Positions 13,283-26,055 of a stretch of 64,000 nt of DNA are shown here, piece after piece. Numbering within the stretch: the stretch's first letter is position 1; each line of letters opens with the position of its first letter. Made by a program: the position numbers and the translations under genes. The DNA is from Lophium mytilinum (Eukaryota), in assembly GCA_010093605.1 (NCBI GenBank), contig MU004198.1, positions 2,726-66,725 on the forward strand. The letters run 5' to 3'. The notes beneath the pieces are model-generated. The model ran no database searches. It was not told where the DNA came from and worked only from the letters and a program-made list of their open reading frames with translations.

Positions 13283-14612
13283 CTTCAAGACTCAAAACTC
13301 GCCAGATGTCCAGTAGAGATGGCCCGCGAAGGATTTCGAGAGAGCAGCGAGGCAGGGAACAATGGAGCGGGAGTCCGTGGTTTTCTGGGTTCTGCAATGA
13401 TTTTCGACTGCTGCCATGTGGCATGGGGTTCGTGTTCCAATTACGGCACTAATTCGAGCCATATTCCATGTTGGGCCCCTTGGTAATACGATAATACGCC
13501 GGTGTGTAGAAAGCGATGGTTTTACCTCTATCTCAAGAACCGAACCACTTTGAGCATGGTTGAAGGCTTAGCACCGGGGATGCTGTTGGTGCCATACCCC
13601 CAGAGGTTACAGTATACAAAAATTACCAATGAACGCAGGGCCGTTGTGTACACGCTATCTTTGTAGGGCTTCAGGGGCCCACAGGGGTTGGGGCGCAATG
13701 AGGCTACCCTTACAGTAGCCGCTATGCCTTCTTCCAACGACAGCGAATGACTCCGCCATGATGAGAAGAACTGCAAACGCTGCCATCAGCGCGACCACCT
13801 CGCACAGCAGTCCATCTAGAGCGACAGCATAGGCATCAAGATGCTGGAGGCCTAAGTACACAATATGAGTCGACAAGCGGGCTCAAGAGGCCCCCGAGAC
13901 CTGGATGTTTGAGATTGGGGCGGAAGTGCCTTTTGGGCATAGCGGATCCCAGAATAAAGTTGAACGTAAGATTTCTAGGGCAGCTTTCCCCCTTCTTGGA
14001 CGACAGTATATCAAAAGACCATCATCGCCTATATTGAAGGGTGCGCCGGAGCAGTGTGGTGATGGTGGGATGGCGAAGAATAGGAGGCGTTGGGCCCCGC
14101 ACGGCATTTCTCGAATAATGGCCAAGCACGTGATCAGGAGGCGTCTGGTATCCATTGCGCGCGAAGACTCTTCCGACATAGCATCCACGATACTTATCAG
14201 TGTCCAATCACGAACCATCAACTTTGCGAGACTTACCCTCTTCCAGACCGTGAATCGGCGTGTCTCGTCCCAGCTCCACGCATCACCGGGGTAGCCCATG
14301 AAGACGAAAGCTCATCTCTTCCTCCAGTGGAGCCAGAATCTGCGCTTCGGTTGTTTTCGAGAACTCCTCGTTCTTCAAGCTTGCGTTAGGGTTGACAAAA
14401 CAGTTCAGACAGTATCCTAACGCAGAATGAAAGGCGAATTATGAACCCTCCCCGGCTTCTTCTCTCTCCCGTAGCACCGCCTGGAAATCTGACATCTTGT
14501 TCGGTTGATTGTTTGCACTGGGATCCTCTAATTTCCGGAGGGCTTCGATGGGGCGCCCGAAGATGATTTCGAATAGCATAATGCCAAGCGCAAGCAGCTT
14601 GGACGAGTCGTT

Positions 14613-17600
14613 CAGTGATGTTGTTGGACTGGAGCAATTTGGACTGGATCCGGATGGAGGCACCTGAAAAAAGCATTGGACTGGATGGAGTTTCTATTTG
14701 GCCCGCGTGGATTAAAGGTTGTAGATGCTCTAGAAGCTCTAATAGTTAGTAGTAATATATATATACTAGTATTAAGAATAGTATTTTAATATTTATAAGG
14801 CTTAGGCGTCTATAATTCTTAGCTTTAATTAGTTTATCTATATAAGCTAACTAACTAGCCTATAACTATATACTTACTCTTAGCTTTACTATTTTATACT
14901 TACTATTCTCTATATACTTACTATAAACTATATACTTACTATCTTCTATATACTTTCTATTTTACTTAGCTATTAGCTAATAGCTAAGAGATTACCTACT
15001 ATAGGTTTTAATATTCTCTATTAACCCTATTACCGCCGCTATAGTAGAGGATTACTCTTAATATAGTATTATTCTTATACTTAGTACTTACCGCCCTGCT
15101 ATCCCTATTACTAATAATATTATCCTCGCCTCTAAATTAATTAACCCCGCTCGCGATATTAATATTAATATTAATAGTTTTTATATTAATAGAAAGGCGT
15201 ATACCCGGTATAAGAATAGAATAAGAGACCCTTAGTATATAAAATAACGCACGTTAAGTATATAGAATTAGGGTAAGAATATCTACCTTATAGAGGAAGA
15301 TAGTAGATCTAGTAGATCTAATATCTACTATTACTACCTCTATAAGAAATTAAAGTAAAAGTAGAATCTTTATATTATTTCTAAAGGTAGATTAATAGCT
15401 ATAGATTACCTTATAAAAATATATAATCTAGATAAGAAGATAGGTATACTATAGATATTATAGTAAGGACCTCTACTAAAGTATAATACTACTAAGGTAT
15501 TTAGTATTATATTTAACTTTAAGTAATTTAAATAGCTACTAATCTAATAGATTATCTATTATTATATTACCTTCTTCTAATTTAAAAATATATACTTCTA
15601 TTAGGTATTAAGCTTTCTAGTACCTAGTATTAATAGATACCTTCTAAAGGCACGTAGTATAATATAGAGTTAGGTAATTAACATGTAGAAAGAAAGGAAA
15701 GCTATACTAAAGTAAGAGCTTCTTAATATATTATACTCTTATCTACGCCTAAATATATTATTATTTAATATTATATATATAGATTACTATCTAACTTTAT
15801 ATAGATAAGAGCTTTAAGATATATATAGCGCTATATCTATCTTCTTTAATCTCTAGATATTACTAAATAGATATGCTATTAATAGCGTATGCTTCTATTT
15901 TATTAGTAATACTAGATAATAATATATAGCTATTGCAGCTCTTTAAGAGATCCTTAGTAATTATAATAGAGAAAATATTATATATAGCTTATTAGTAGTT
16001 ATATAGAACTATAGTATATAAATAAATATTAGCTTCTTTATATATAATAATATAATAAATAATAATAGCGCTATAGATGCTATTCTACAGGCACTCTATC
16101 TATAGATAATAGCTAAGTAATAAAAAGCCCGTTAATTATAATACTTTAGCTATATTATTAACCTCTATATATAGGACTTTATTATTAGAAAGAATATAGA
16201 TAAGATCTATTAATAGATTAAGAGGGCATATATAAATTAAAACTATAGAGAAGTTTAAAGGCTTTAGAAGTAGTATAGAGTAATTAGATTAATATAGAAT
16301 ATTATCTAATATATCTATAATAGCTCTTAGCGCCGGGGCTTCTTCCGCTATATATAAAAAGGTAGTCTTTTTATAGAATAGAACGGCCCTAAGGTATATA
16401 TTTATTCTTTCTATTTTATTAATTAGCCTTACTATTTTACTATATACTTTCTATTTTACTATATACTTTCCGCGTTTATTCTTTCTATTTATTAATTAGC
16501 CTTACTATTACTATTTAGCCTTACTATTACTATTTAGCCTTACTATTTTACTATATATACTTTCTATTTTACTGCGTAGGCCTTAGTCCATCCTTTCTAA
16601 TATAGAAAGGATAAAAACGGGAAGTATATAGTAAAATAGAAAGTATATAGTAAAATAGAAAGTATATAGTAAAATAGAAAGTATATAGTAAAATAGAAAG
16701 TATATAGTAAAATAGAAAGTATATATAGTAATAGTAAGGCTAAATAGTAATAGTAAGGCTAAATAGTAATAGTAAGGCTAAATAGTAATAGTAAGACTAA
16801 ATAGTAATAGTAAGGCTATATAGTTCTACTAAAGCTCTACTAACTAGTTATACTACTATGCGCGTACTACTATACTATATATACTAACGCGTTACTAGCT
16901 TATCTAGAATAACTAAACGTAATAGAATTTATTATTTATAGCTATTAGCTACTTTCTTAACTACTATAAGCGCGTTTAAGAGTTTTATAAGACGTATATT
17001 TCTCTAGATATAGCTAAAAAGCTTAAAAATAATAATATTCTTATAGAAACCTAATAGTAATAACTTAAGTACCTCTATATAAACCTTAAGCTATTCTATA
17101 AAGCTACGCTAATAGTAGAGAGCTAGAAGCTATTACTTACTAATTATTTTATTACGCTTAACTAGCTAGTTAATTACCTTAATAAGTTAAAGAATAACTT
17201 TATAGATCTATTATAAAAGGCGCAATAATATATTAAAATTAATACGTATTAGTATCTCTCTAATTATACTTTAGTAGTATAGAATAAAGCTAATATATAC
17301 TATCTCTTAACTAATTAGAAATTATCTATATACTACGCTGCTATTATCTTTAATCTATTACTTAAGATAAGATAGTTTAATAATTAGAGTAACTACTCTA
17401 TTAAGAAGAACTATATTAAGATTATAAAGGATTTTATTAAATAATACTAGTAGAGCAGCTATTATAGTAAAATAATATATCTTTAGCCTAAACTATCTAA
17501 TTCTAGGCTAGCTTTTTCTTCTTAATAGCCCCGGGTATATATATCTATATAAGATTATAAGCAGCTTAAGCTTATATATAATAATAGTAATAATAGTAAT

Positions 17601-18424
17601 AGTAATACTACTATAGCTATACCTAATTTCTATAAAGAATATATTAATACTTTACCTCTATTACTTGCGCAGGTGCAAGGCCGGAAGGGTACTAATAACG
17701 GGCAGCCGCTTAGCGTTAATAAGATAATTATATAGTAGAATAATAGATATAAATTCTAGCTAGATATTACCTAATTTATACTTAATATTCTTATAGTGCC
17801 GCTAATATTAGATAACTATAAAAGGCTATTTAGCGGAGCATCTATTATACTAGATAAGTATTGCTAATATTTTAGAATAGATATAGTTAAGATAAATAAG
17901 TACCTAAGGTTATTATATAGGCTACTAGTAAAGAACGCCTTTAATAATATAGAATATATAGAGTTACTTAGTATATTATATACTTTACTATAAACGCTTA
18001 CTAATATAGTAATAGTATAGTTAGAAGTATTATAATATAAAGAGGTAGAAAGAATAGATAAGAAAGAGAATAAATATATAATAGAAATTAAAGAAGCTAT
18101 ACTAGAAGAAGTAGTAGGTATAATAGGCACTAAGAATAAGATAGAAATAGAAAGAATATACTAAATAGAAAGGCTAAATATAAACTATATAAAATAGAAA
18201 GGCTATATATAGACTATATAAAATAGAATAAATATAAACTAACTATAACTATAAGATTTCCTATACTAATTACTTTAGGTAATTAGCTAACTGCTTTAGG
18301 TAATTATATACTACTTTAGCCTTACGTAGATAATCCTAGAGCTCCTGGAGCTCTATAGAGGTTTCTGGTGGATCGCGTGGATTTAGGGCCTCATCCAGTC
18401 TAGTCCAGTCCAACAACATCACTG
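14613..18424 (+). mobile_element. Complete RIP-inactivated hAT DNA transposon, 3812 bp
   Basis: Perfect 21-bp TIR CAGTGATGTTGTTGGACTGGA at 14613-14633 and 18404-18424. 8-bp TSD GAGTCGTT at 14605-14612 and 18425-18432. De-RIPed motifs SFDLWTSPN (~15840), DNASNN-like (~16045), RCFGHIINL (~16140), TRWNS (~16915) and VPPMSDDCERLFS dimerisation region (~17790). Confidence 0.95.
16400..16825. repeat. Foldback array of 19-bp units inside the putative transposase intron (16394-16898)
   Basis: ACTTTCTATTTTACTATAT and GCCTTACTATTACTATTTA units on the left, their reverse complements on the right. Central hairpin ATCCTTTCTA-ATA-TAGAAAGGAT at 16590-16612. Confidence 0.85.
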
Positions 18425-19159
18425 GAGTCGTTGCAAGGTTGAGTGTTTTGGCGGAAAAGTGTGGTGGTGTTTGGCTTGTTTTCGCGGATAAAATATAAGT
18501 GCTTGACGGCTACTATCGTTCCGGCCATAGCGGAGCCATCTTTTGTATAAAGAAATATGAGATTAGTCTTGCTCCAGGAATATTAAAGCCATGGTGTATA
18601 ACGGAGTTAAAAAGGAGACGATGTGAGTGTAGTTAATAAGGTATGTACTTCTTAGGGCTAAAGGCACTCTTCTAGCTCACACAGCAGCATGGGCTAAGCG
18701 TACGGTAAATTGTCTCACTAAAACCCTTCTCTGTGCTCTTGGTCTTGAAGCGAGTCTCTCCGACGCTTCAATCTACTACGACTCGTCACAGAGGCTCCTG
18801 TACTCATTTAACCCAATCCCTCGCATAGTATTTTAAATAGTAAAGTACGGCATGTCGGACTACTAGTGAACTCGTCAACATGGCGGACACGGATTAAACG
18901 TGTATCCGCTATCCCCAGTTGCTAGTAGTATGTCGGAGCCCCTCAAATAATGGTAGGAAGTGTACGGATAGATATGGCAAGGGACCGTAAAAGTACCTGA
19001 ATTCCGTCTCCAGCATGCGTTGAGGTCGGTGAACGCTTAGTAATATCCGAGTGCTGTTTTTTTCTTCCTGTTTCAAAACTGTGAATTACTCCATTAAGCT
19101 TTTTCGACGGGACATTTCTCTTCAACCAGCAAACGTACCCCACCTCCTGCACAGCGATT

Positions 19160-20698
19160 ATGCCAAAGCCCTTCCCGCTCCTCACAGGGCAGGTAGCCGC
19201 TGGAAAGGAAGATGCAATGTCAGAACCATCCTCCGAACCAGAGACGCACCCGTACGACAAGACTTTGCCGCCGAAACTCGAAGAATGCCTGAGCGAGGGC
19301 TCCTTTCCCACCCTCCTACTCGTCCACGACCCTGATAACTGTACGTCCATAGAAGTGGTCAAGTGGCTTTCAGATACGACAGTAGAGATTTCACCTACTG
19401 ATGCACTATACTCGCATTGTACTGGCGTTATCAAAGACCAAGGAAACGAGACAACAGTCGCACCAGACAATCCTGATACAAGCAAAGTCGAGTTGAAGCC
19501 GTTCTTCGAGCGACGAATTCCGGCGTTGCTTGGCCCTTGGCCTCCATGGCAACATCGTCATGAAGCAACATTGACGCTATCGTTCCGCAACCTTGTCGGG
19601 GTGGGCCACCACGCTGCTGTTTACCGCGCTTCTCTTAAGCTCTCCGATGTAGTGGGTGTGAACGGCCGATCAAAGAGCGGTGAGGTACCGGTGATTGCAA
19701 AGCTGAACTACCTCGTATCCGACGACAACGAAAACAACGCCCATATGCTGAAGAAGGAGGCAAACACGTTTCAGAAATCTATGGGAATGTGTTCATTGCA
19801 GCAGGAGGCATATCTTTGCCTATATCATAGCAATTTAATAGAGGGGGTCACTACACTATCGCATAGGGGACACTGCGTTCCCCCTGTCCTAGTTACGCCG
19901 CCAGTTCTCCCTAAGTTTTTTGGCTACTATAAATGGGGTCCCAAGAGCTCGGAACTGGGACGGCGATGCAAAATCCTACTTATGGAAGATTGTGGACAGA
20001 GCCTTGAGACATATATGGAGCTCAACGACGAAGAGAGCATACCAGTAGCATGGATGTAAGTTTTCCACAGAGCAATACGGAGGGTGAGATTTCTAACCAT
20101 ACTCAGGGATGAGATTAAGGGCCTTTACAAGCGACTCCACGGTACCGGCTTCATGCATGGCTCAGTATGGCCCCGTAACATCACCATACAGCCCGGCCCG
20201 CTATCCTCTCCACCGTCGGCCCGATCCATGGATATGCCGAGCTTCAGAATCATAGACCTGGGACGCGCTAGGCACGTCCGCGATTGCAAGCGTCAACCGG
20301 TGTTCCGAGAGCAACAGCAGCGTGAAAAGCTCTTCCTAGCCAATCGTTTACCGGTCCACCATGAACCCGTGGTGGATCATAAGGAAGTTGGTACAGATAC
20401 CGAGGCTGATCCAGCCGCCAACGAGAAGCCCACAGGGAGTGGAGAGAACAATGGCAAAGACATCGAGACTGGAGCTGAAATTACTGCAGAGAAGACTCAA
20501 AAACAAACAACAGAACAGATTAGGTTGAGGGTGTCGGAAACAACACTGATACAGCGACGGACTAGAAAGATGCTCACGAGACCGAGGCTGTGGAGGCTCT
20601 TGTGGGCGAAGAGCCGTTGGATCCAGTCCATGAAGTCCCTGCGGGTCCCGATTCTACTAATGTCAAGGCTTCAACGAAGACAAAGGCAGAGTTCCTAG
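19160..20698 (+). CDS. Protein-kinase-like protein lacking catalytic Asp (paralog B); C-terminal tail possibly degenerate
   Basis: GVGHHAAVY, VIAK, FFGYY, LLMEDCG, HGSVWPRN, IIDLGR. Intron 20056-20106 sits at the same position as in paralog A. Confidence 0.8.
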
Positions 20699-21306
20699 AT
20701 GGTCCTGATGGTAGCAATGTGGAGGCGGCTCCAAAGAAGCAAAAGGTTGAGGGAATGGAGTAGGGGAATGGAGTAGACGGTAGACACTCCACCTGTTGCT
20801 TCCACGGTGTCCCGGTTGAAAAGGACAAGGTGAAGTTAGCGAAAGTCCGTAGGCATCGAGACAATAGGATAATGGGCGACTGACCTTGATCCGAGTCTTG
20901 ATAAACTGCACTTTAATTCCGAGGGAAGCTTGCCGTGAGTGTGAATGTGTATGTCACTGTCTGAGGTCCTTTAATGCAATTCAAGAACCTCAAAAGATGC
21001 AAAAGCTGTTCGCTTTGAGCTATGCAGAACCCTGTCGAAGCATTCCCAAGCAGGGGTAAACAAGTGTGTACACACGAGCGCTCCAAACAGAATGATTTAC
21101 AAGTATCCTGACATTTTCACGCCCAGGACGTCTGCTTCCAACTTTCCTCCTGGGACTCCCTCACTTCAATCCATTTTCAAGAACTCCACACCCTCAAACT
21201 ACCACTCACAGCAACGAGACGAGGCCAAACCAATCGAAACCCAAAAACATAAAATCTAATAGTACGAAACGCTAACATAAAACCATCTTTTACCCTTCCC
21301 CACCAC

Positions 21307-23142
21307 TCACATCTCCACCCCTCGCGGCACAAACCTCGCTGTCGCACCCACCAACTGCGTCGAAAAGAAACTCACACTCTTCAACTTCCCCGTATCAATA
21401 TCCAGATCAAACTCATCAAACAAACGCACCAACATCTTGACCATCACAAACATCGCCAAGTTCTGCCCGGGACATCTCCTCGATGCACCCCCAAAATTCA
21501 TCAGATTTCGCTCCATCCTCACCTGCTCCTCTTCGCTCGCCCCCGTCCAGCGCTCGGGGATGAAGTCGCTCGGATTATCCCCAAATATCGCAGGGTTGGA
21601 GTGCAAAATATACGGGTTGATCCCGACAACGGTCCCGCTCGGGATGACATGGCCGTTGATCGTAGCGGTGTCTGGCGGCGACGCCCTCGGTGCAGGTGGC
21701 ACGACGCGCATGAGCGAGATGCCCACGGCAGGCTGGACGCGCATGGCTTCCTTCACGCACGCTTGGAGATAGGGGAGCTTAGCTGCGTCGGTGAACTTGA
21801 TCGGGCCGCTTTCTTCGACGCCGCTTGCCTTCCGTGCGTTGCGCAACTCCTCCCGCACGCGGGCTAGGACAGGCGGATGGGTAGCGATGCAAAGCACAAT
21901 TCCTGTCAAGCTGACGTTGATGGTGTCGTGCCCGGCGCCGAAGTTGGTGAGGGACATGTTGACGATGTGCTTCTGGGGGTATTTGTCCGGCTGGGCGAGG
22001 TGGACGGCGACGAGGTCGGAGAGGATGTCGACTTTTTCGGGGGTGCCTTTAGTGGTGTTGGAGTCCGGGGAGGTCATGGAGCCGACGTTGGGGAGGGGGA
22101 AGGGGTAGGGGTTTGCGTTTTTGTTGACGCCTTTGCTGGTGCTGCGGAGGGAAGGGGTGGTGAGGGGGCGTAGGCGGGCGAGGATGAAGGGGACGGCGGC
22201 CTGGTAGGTATAGTGTTAGAGTTGGAGGGGGAAATAAGTATGGGGCAGAGGGCAACGTACGGGAATGATGGGCATGCCCTTTGGTAAGTTCATACCCAGA
22301 ATACGGCAAGTCATGGTCTTAATCCAGGGCATTGGGATCTTGCGGATGAAGTCGACGTAGCTAGGGAAGAGGCCGATGGTGCTGAAGTAGCGCATCATGT
22401 TCTCGGACTCAATCATGTTACCGCCGTCGTGGCCCTTTTCGATGTAGCCAAAGTTGTGGGAGAGAGTGGTTTCGGCGAGCTGGTCGAGAACGTAGTTGTG
22501 GATCCACTTCTCCAGGTCGACATATTGGTCGCCGAGAGTCTTGCTCTTTTGGATGAAGCGGTCGACGGTTTCGTCCATTCTGTGCTCATGCTTCTCGATA
22601 CCAGCGACGGAGTATGTTGGGCCGATGAGGCGGCGTTGCATTCGATAGCGGTTCTTGTCCATTTCGGTGAGGAGGTCCATGTTTACGACATCGTCGCCGA
22701 CGGAGGCAGGGGCAGCACAAGCGCCTAGGATGGCATTTAGCGAGTTGAAGAAGAAAGTAATGCTAAGTGTTACTTACGATACCACGGAGCCTTGACGTAG
22801 GCACTGTTGACATCTTAATGACGAGAGTTAGACGGAACTTTTTAACTGCAGTCGAGGATGCATCTTACTGTAGATAGTCCTCACAGCCTCCTCAGAAGCG
22901 AAGCTCAACTCATCAGGCGCAATACGAACGACATCACCGTACTTCTTATGAAGTTCCTTGATAGCAAGATGCGGATCCCCCATCCGGTGGTGAAAAGCAT
23001 AGTAAATCTTCGAGGCTGCGAGCAGCTTCGGACCTGGGATTTTGGCAAGAGGGTGAAAGTAGAGTCTGTAAATTACCAGCCCAGCGATAGCTAGAGGTAA
23101 CAGGGCCAGCCCGTGAATTGGGGTAATTTGTGAGAAAGTCAT
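21307..23142 (-). CDS. Cytochrome P450 (pisatin-demethylase/benzoate-hydroxylase-like); multi-exon
   Basis: N-terminal anchor, FHPLAKIPGP, AGHDT, EAMR, PERW, heme motif FGGASRRCPG. Confidence 0.92.
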
Positions 23143-25320
23143 GTTGCTACTTGAAGGCTGGAAATTCGAATAATGTAGTAGTGGCAAGATATCGTGAGCA
23201 GGTAGTCAGGATCTCAAACCTACTGACGGATGAAGTATTGAATCCATTCCTGTGGAAGCTCAATTCATATTTATCTGCCCTTTCCCCAGATCTATCGGAC
23301 TTCCCCAATCTCTGAAACGCAGAGAACGCGCAGTCGTCGGATTCTGATATCATCACAATGCTAGTATACAAAAGGCCGACGAGGTTGGGAATGGGTGCCC
23401 CTAGCCATGGTGGACAGTGCAAAGGGGCGTAGGTGTAGGTTGAAGCGAAGCCCGATGTGGATGGACAAGGTTGCGTCAGCGACTGATATCATGGCGGATT
23501 ATCGCTCTCTAGATTGGGACGAGGGATGTCCGTATTGAGTTGGACATAGTCGGAGTGTCGATCGCGGGTTGCCTCGTTTGCCCGTCGTAATAATGGTACA
23601 TGGGCAGGAGGCAATGTTGGAGGTGCTTGATGCTTGCGGGAATTGAAATGCTAAACGCAGTGAATTCGAATGTCAGTGACTCTGATTTGGAGGTGGGAAC
23701 TCATCGCACGGAAACGACATCATTGTGCGTGGAGGCACGGTATCCTATGCATGCTTGATCATTCTGATGGCCAGGTTCTAAAAGTAGCAATCAATTTACA
23801 AGGAGGGATCTGGCACCACGTTCCCCATAAGATGGCTCCCCAAAGTTGACGGCCGTTAACTTGATGGATTTCGTCTCATACAAACCTCTGAAGGCGCACA
23901 AGAAGCACCCACCGCATGGCAGTAATGTAAATACAGACCTATGGCGCGCCACTATACACCCGACGCAATGGTAGAATACACGAGGCGGAGAAGAATTCGA
24001 GAAGTGAGACATCCGAAACCTTCTGCAGAGTGGTGGGGTTGATGCTGGCACCTCGTCTGCAATTCCGTCCTCTCGTTGAAACTTTGATGCAGAGGCTCGG
24101 CGGCAGTGCACACGACACTACTGCGCCGTCAGCACGTCTCCAGCCACTCAGCTGTCAATCATGGCCAGGATATTTCTGTAGGCGATGAGTGAGCAAAGAC
24201 ATGCCGGCCAGCCTTGCCTCGGCTGGGCAATTCTCCACTTGAGATGCTTGTTTGTTTTGTGAAGATGTGCGCACTGACGCAGTGCTGATGACGTTGGCAG
24301 GAGATCCTTCGTATTACTTCAACACCTCCCTCTCTCGTCCTTCGTAAAACGGAGAAAGTTGAACGTCGTCCTCATCACTGTCGCGTCCACTGTGATGAAC
24401 TGAATGCGCAGTCTGCGCTACGATGGAAATGGCATGGTCATCGGAGGATAGAATCCGAGATGGGGTCCGTGGAGCGTGAAGGATGCGAAGGATCTGGTGT
24501 TGATGATCAGCATCTTGAAACGAGCAACGCCGAGAGCGCCAAGGCGCGGGACAAGAGCACCAAGCTTTCGCGAGGCGCAACGCTTGATTGCTGCCCAGAG
24601 ATGCCTAGAGATGCCGAGATAGCTATTCCCGAGTGGCCTCATTTCAGTCGTCGTGGCATTTTTCCCTTGTTGGTATGCTTCATAGTCTCAACATCGATGT
24701 GGACATCGGACAAGACGTCTCTGTATCGCACAGACACCAAAAGCACCGCGAGGCCCCCAAGCGTGACGTCACGGTGCGAAGGAGAGTCGGAGGTCGTGAG
24801 GGCTCCGGAGAACGTGACGCGGCTCAGCGTGGCCTGTGCATTTTTGCGAGATAGAATAGGGCAGTTATCGCGAGAGGGCCATGATTGCGGGGGGAATAAA
24901 CACAGGCATCAATTATGCCCGGGGTGGCGTATAAAAGGGTGGTGTATTCAATATAGTTAGCCCTGGAGTGCAACCCTCAGGAACGAATGCTAATTAGTAA
25001 TGCATAGCTCCAGTCACGTGCACAATCTGCTAGAGAAATGATAATTTATCTCTAAGACACCGACGCACTCTCATCTCCCAAAATCAAGCATTAGGTACAT
25101 TGTGGCCCCTCCTCATCTTTCGCTCTACCGGCGCCTATCGTGCCATCCGCTTCTCGACGTTGTAGTAGCTTAGATGAGCTCTCCAGTGGCTTCGGTAACG
25201 ATGTGCGAGACGTGGATTTCCGGAACTGTGTCGATTTAGCTGACTGTTCTGCAGTCGTTTACGGTTGGAAAGTCGACTCACTATATCCCCTCAAAGCACT
25301 CTCGTATCTCCCGCCAACGT

Positions 25321-26055
25321 TTAGTTCTCCTCCTTCGACCAGCGGTAAAGCGGCTCGGCGCCCTCGCCCTCCTGGATACGGACCCAGCCCAAGATGCGCT
25401 CATACTTGTAGCCCCTGTTGTACGCGCCCTCGCCCTCGGGGTCGGTAGTGTAGAAGTGGGTACCGCAGTCAGCGTTGTACCACGCAAAGAATGGCACCAC
25501 GTCGTTCTGGCCCTCGAGGTTGGTGAGATCAGAATCATCGGGGATGATGAAGAACTTCTGGCCATTGTACTGGTAGCCGTAGGGCGAGCCCAGGTCGTTG
25601 GGGTCGGTGGTGAGGTAGTAGTCGCCCGACTCTCCGTTGCACCAGCGGTAGACGGGGACGAAGTCGGGGTACTGGCTCTGCTCGTGCTCGGCCTGGCATT
25701 CCTCCTCTTCGGACTGCTCGCCGCCCTTCTCCTCGCCACCCTTCTCCTCGCCTCCCCAGGCTGGCGAGGGAGTGGGAGTGGGGGTAGGAGACTGATGGGC
25801 CGCCTTGCACTTGGAGATCTGCTCCTGCTTCTCGGCCTCTTTCTCCTGCTCCTCTACCTCGAATGGCACGTACGAGTCGTACGACTTCCAGACGTAGGCA
25901 GAGACGCCCTGGAAGAGGTAGCCGTCCTGCTGCCAGTATGAGGCAGACTCTTGTTGGCAGTCGGTGCTGTAGGCGTACGTGTCGCACGTCTGGTTGTCGC
26001 CGCCGGCCGTGGCTAGGGTGGCTGCGAAGCCGAGGATGAGAGCGCTGGTGAGCAT
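25321..26055 (-). CDS. Secreted protein with DUF5648-like repeats, 244 aa
   Basis: Signal peptide MLTSALILGFAATLATA. Repeats VPVYRWCN..DYYLTTDP..GYQYNG, VPFFAWYN..THFYTTDP..GYKYE and PLYRW. TATA-like TTATATAG at ~26172. Confidence 0.8.
   Translation of the reverse strand: MLTSALILGFAATLATAGGDNQTCDTYAYSTDCQQESASYWQQDGYLFQGVSAYVWKSYDSYVPFEVEEQEKEAEKQEQISKCKAAHQSPTPTPTPSPAWGGEEKGGEEKGGEQSEEEECQAEHEQSQYPDFVPVYRWCNGESGDYYLTTDPNDLGSPYGYQYNGQKFFIIPDDSDLTNLEGQNDVVPFFAWYNADCGTHFYTTDPEGEGAYNRGYKYERILGWVRIQEGEGAEPLYRWSKEEN

Larger units (their letters stand above)
14283..18720 (-). pseudogene. DUF7580-like fungal gene split by the hAT insertion and carrying RIP-type stops; 5' limit approximate
   Basis: Removing the element and one TSD restores a frame: SSPF*LRYTPWL*YSWSKTNLIFL..PCNDS|SKLLALGIMLFEIIFGRPIE..GS*FAFHSALGYCLNCF..ILAPLEEE..*. 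The family name is recalled from the motif pattern. Confidence 0.75.

Noticed and set aside
13528..14300. Several overlapping ORFs downstream of the DUF7580-like pseudogene
   Set aside because: No recognisable motif or consistent splice structure.
17864..18130. 88-aa Ile/Ser/Tyr-rich ORF on the - strand
   Set aside because: Antisense artefact of RIP-mutated transposase DNA.
24314..24960. Overlapping 70-166 aa ORFs on both strands
   Set aside because: No motif. At best an unidentifiable gene remnant.
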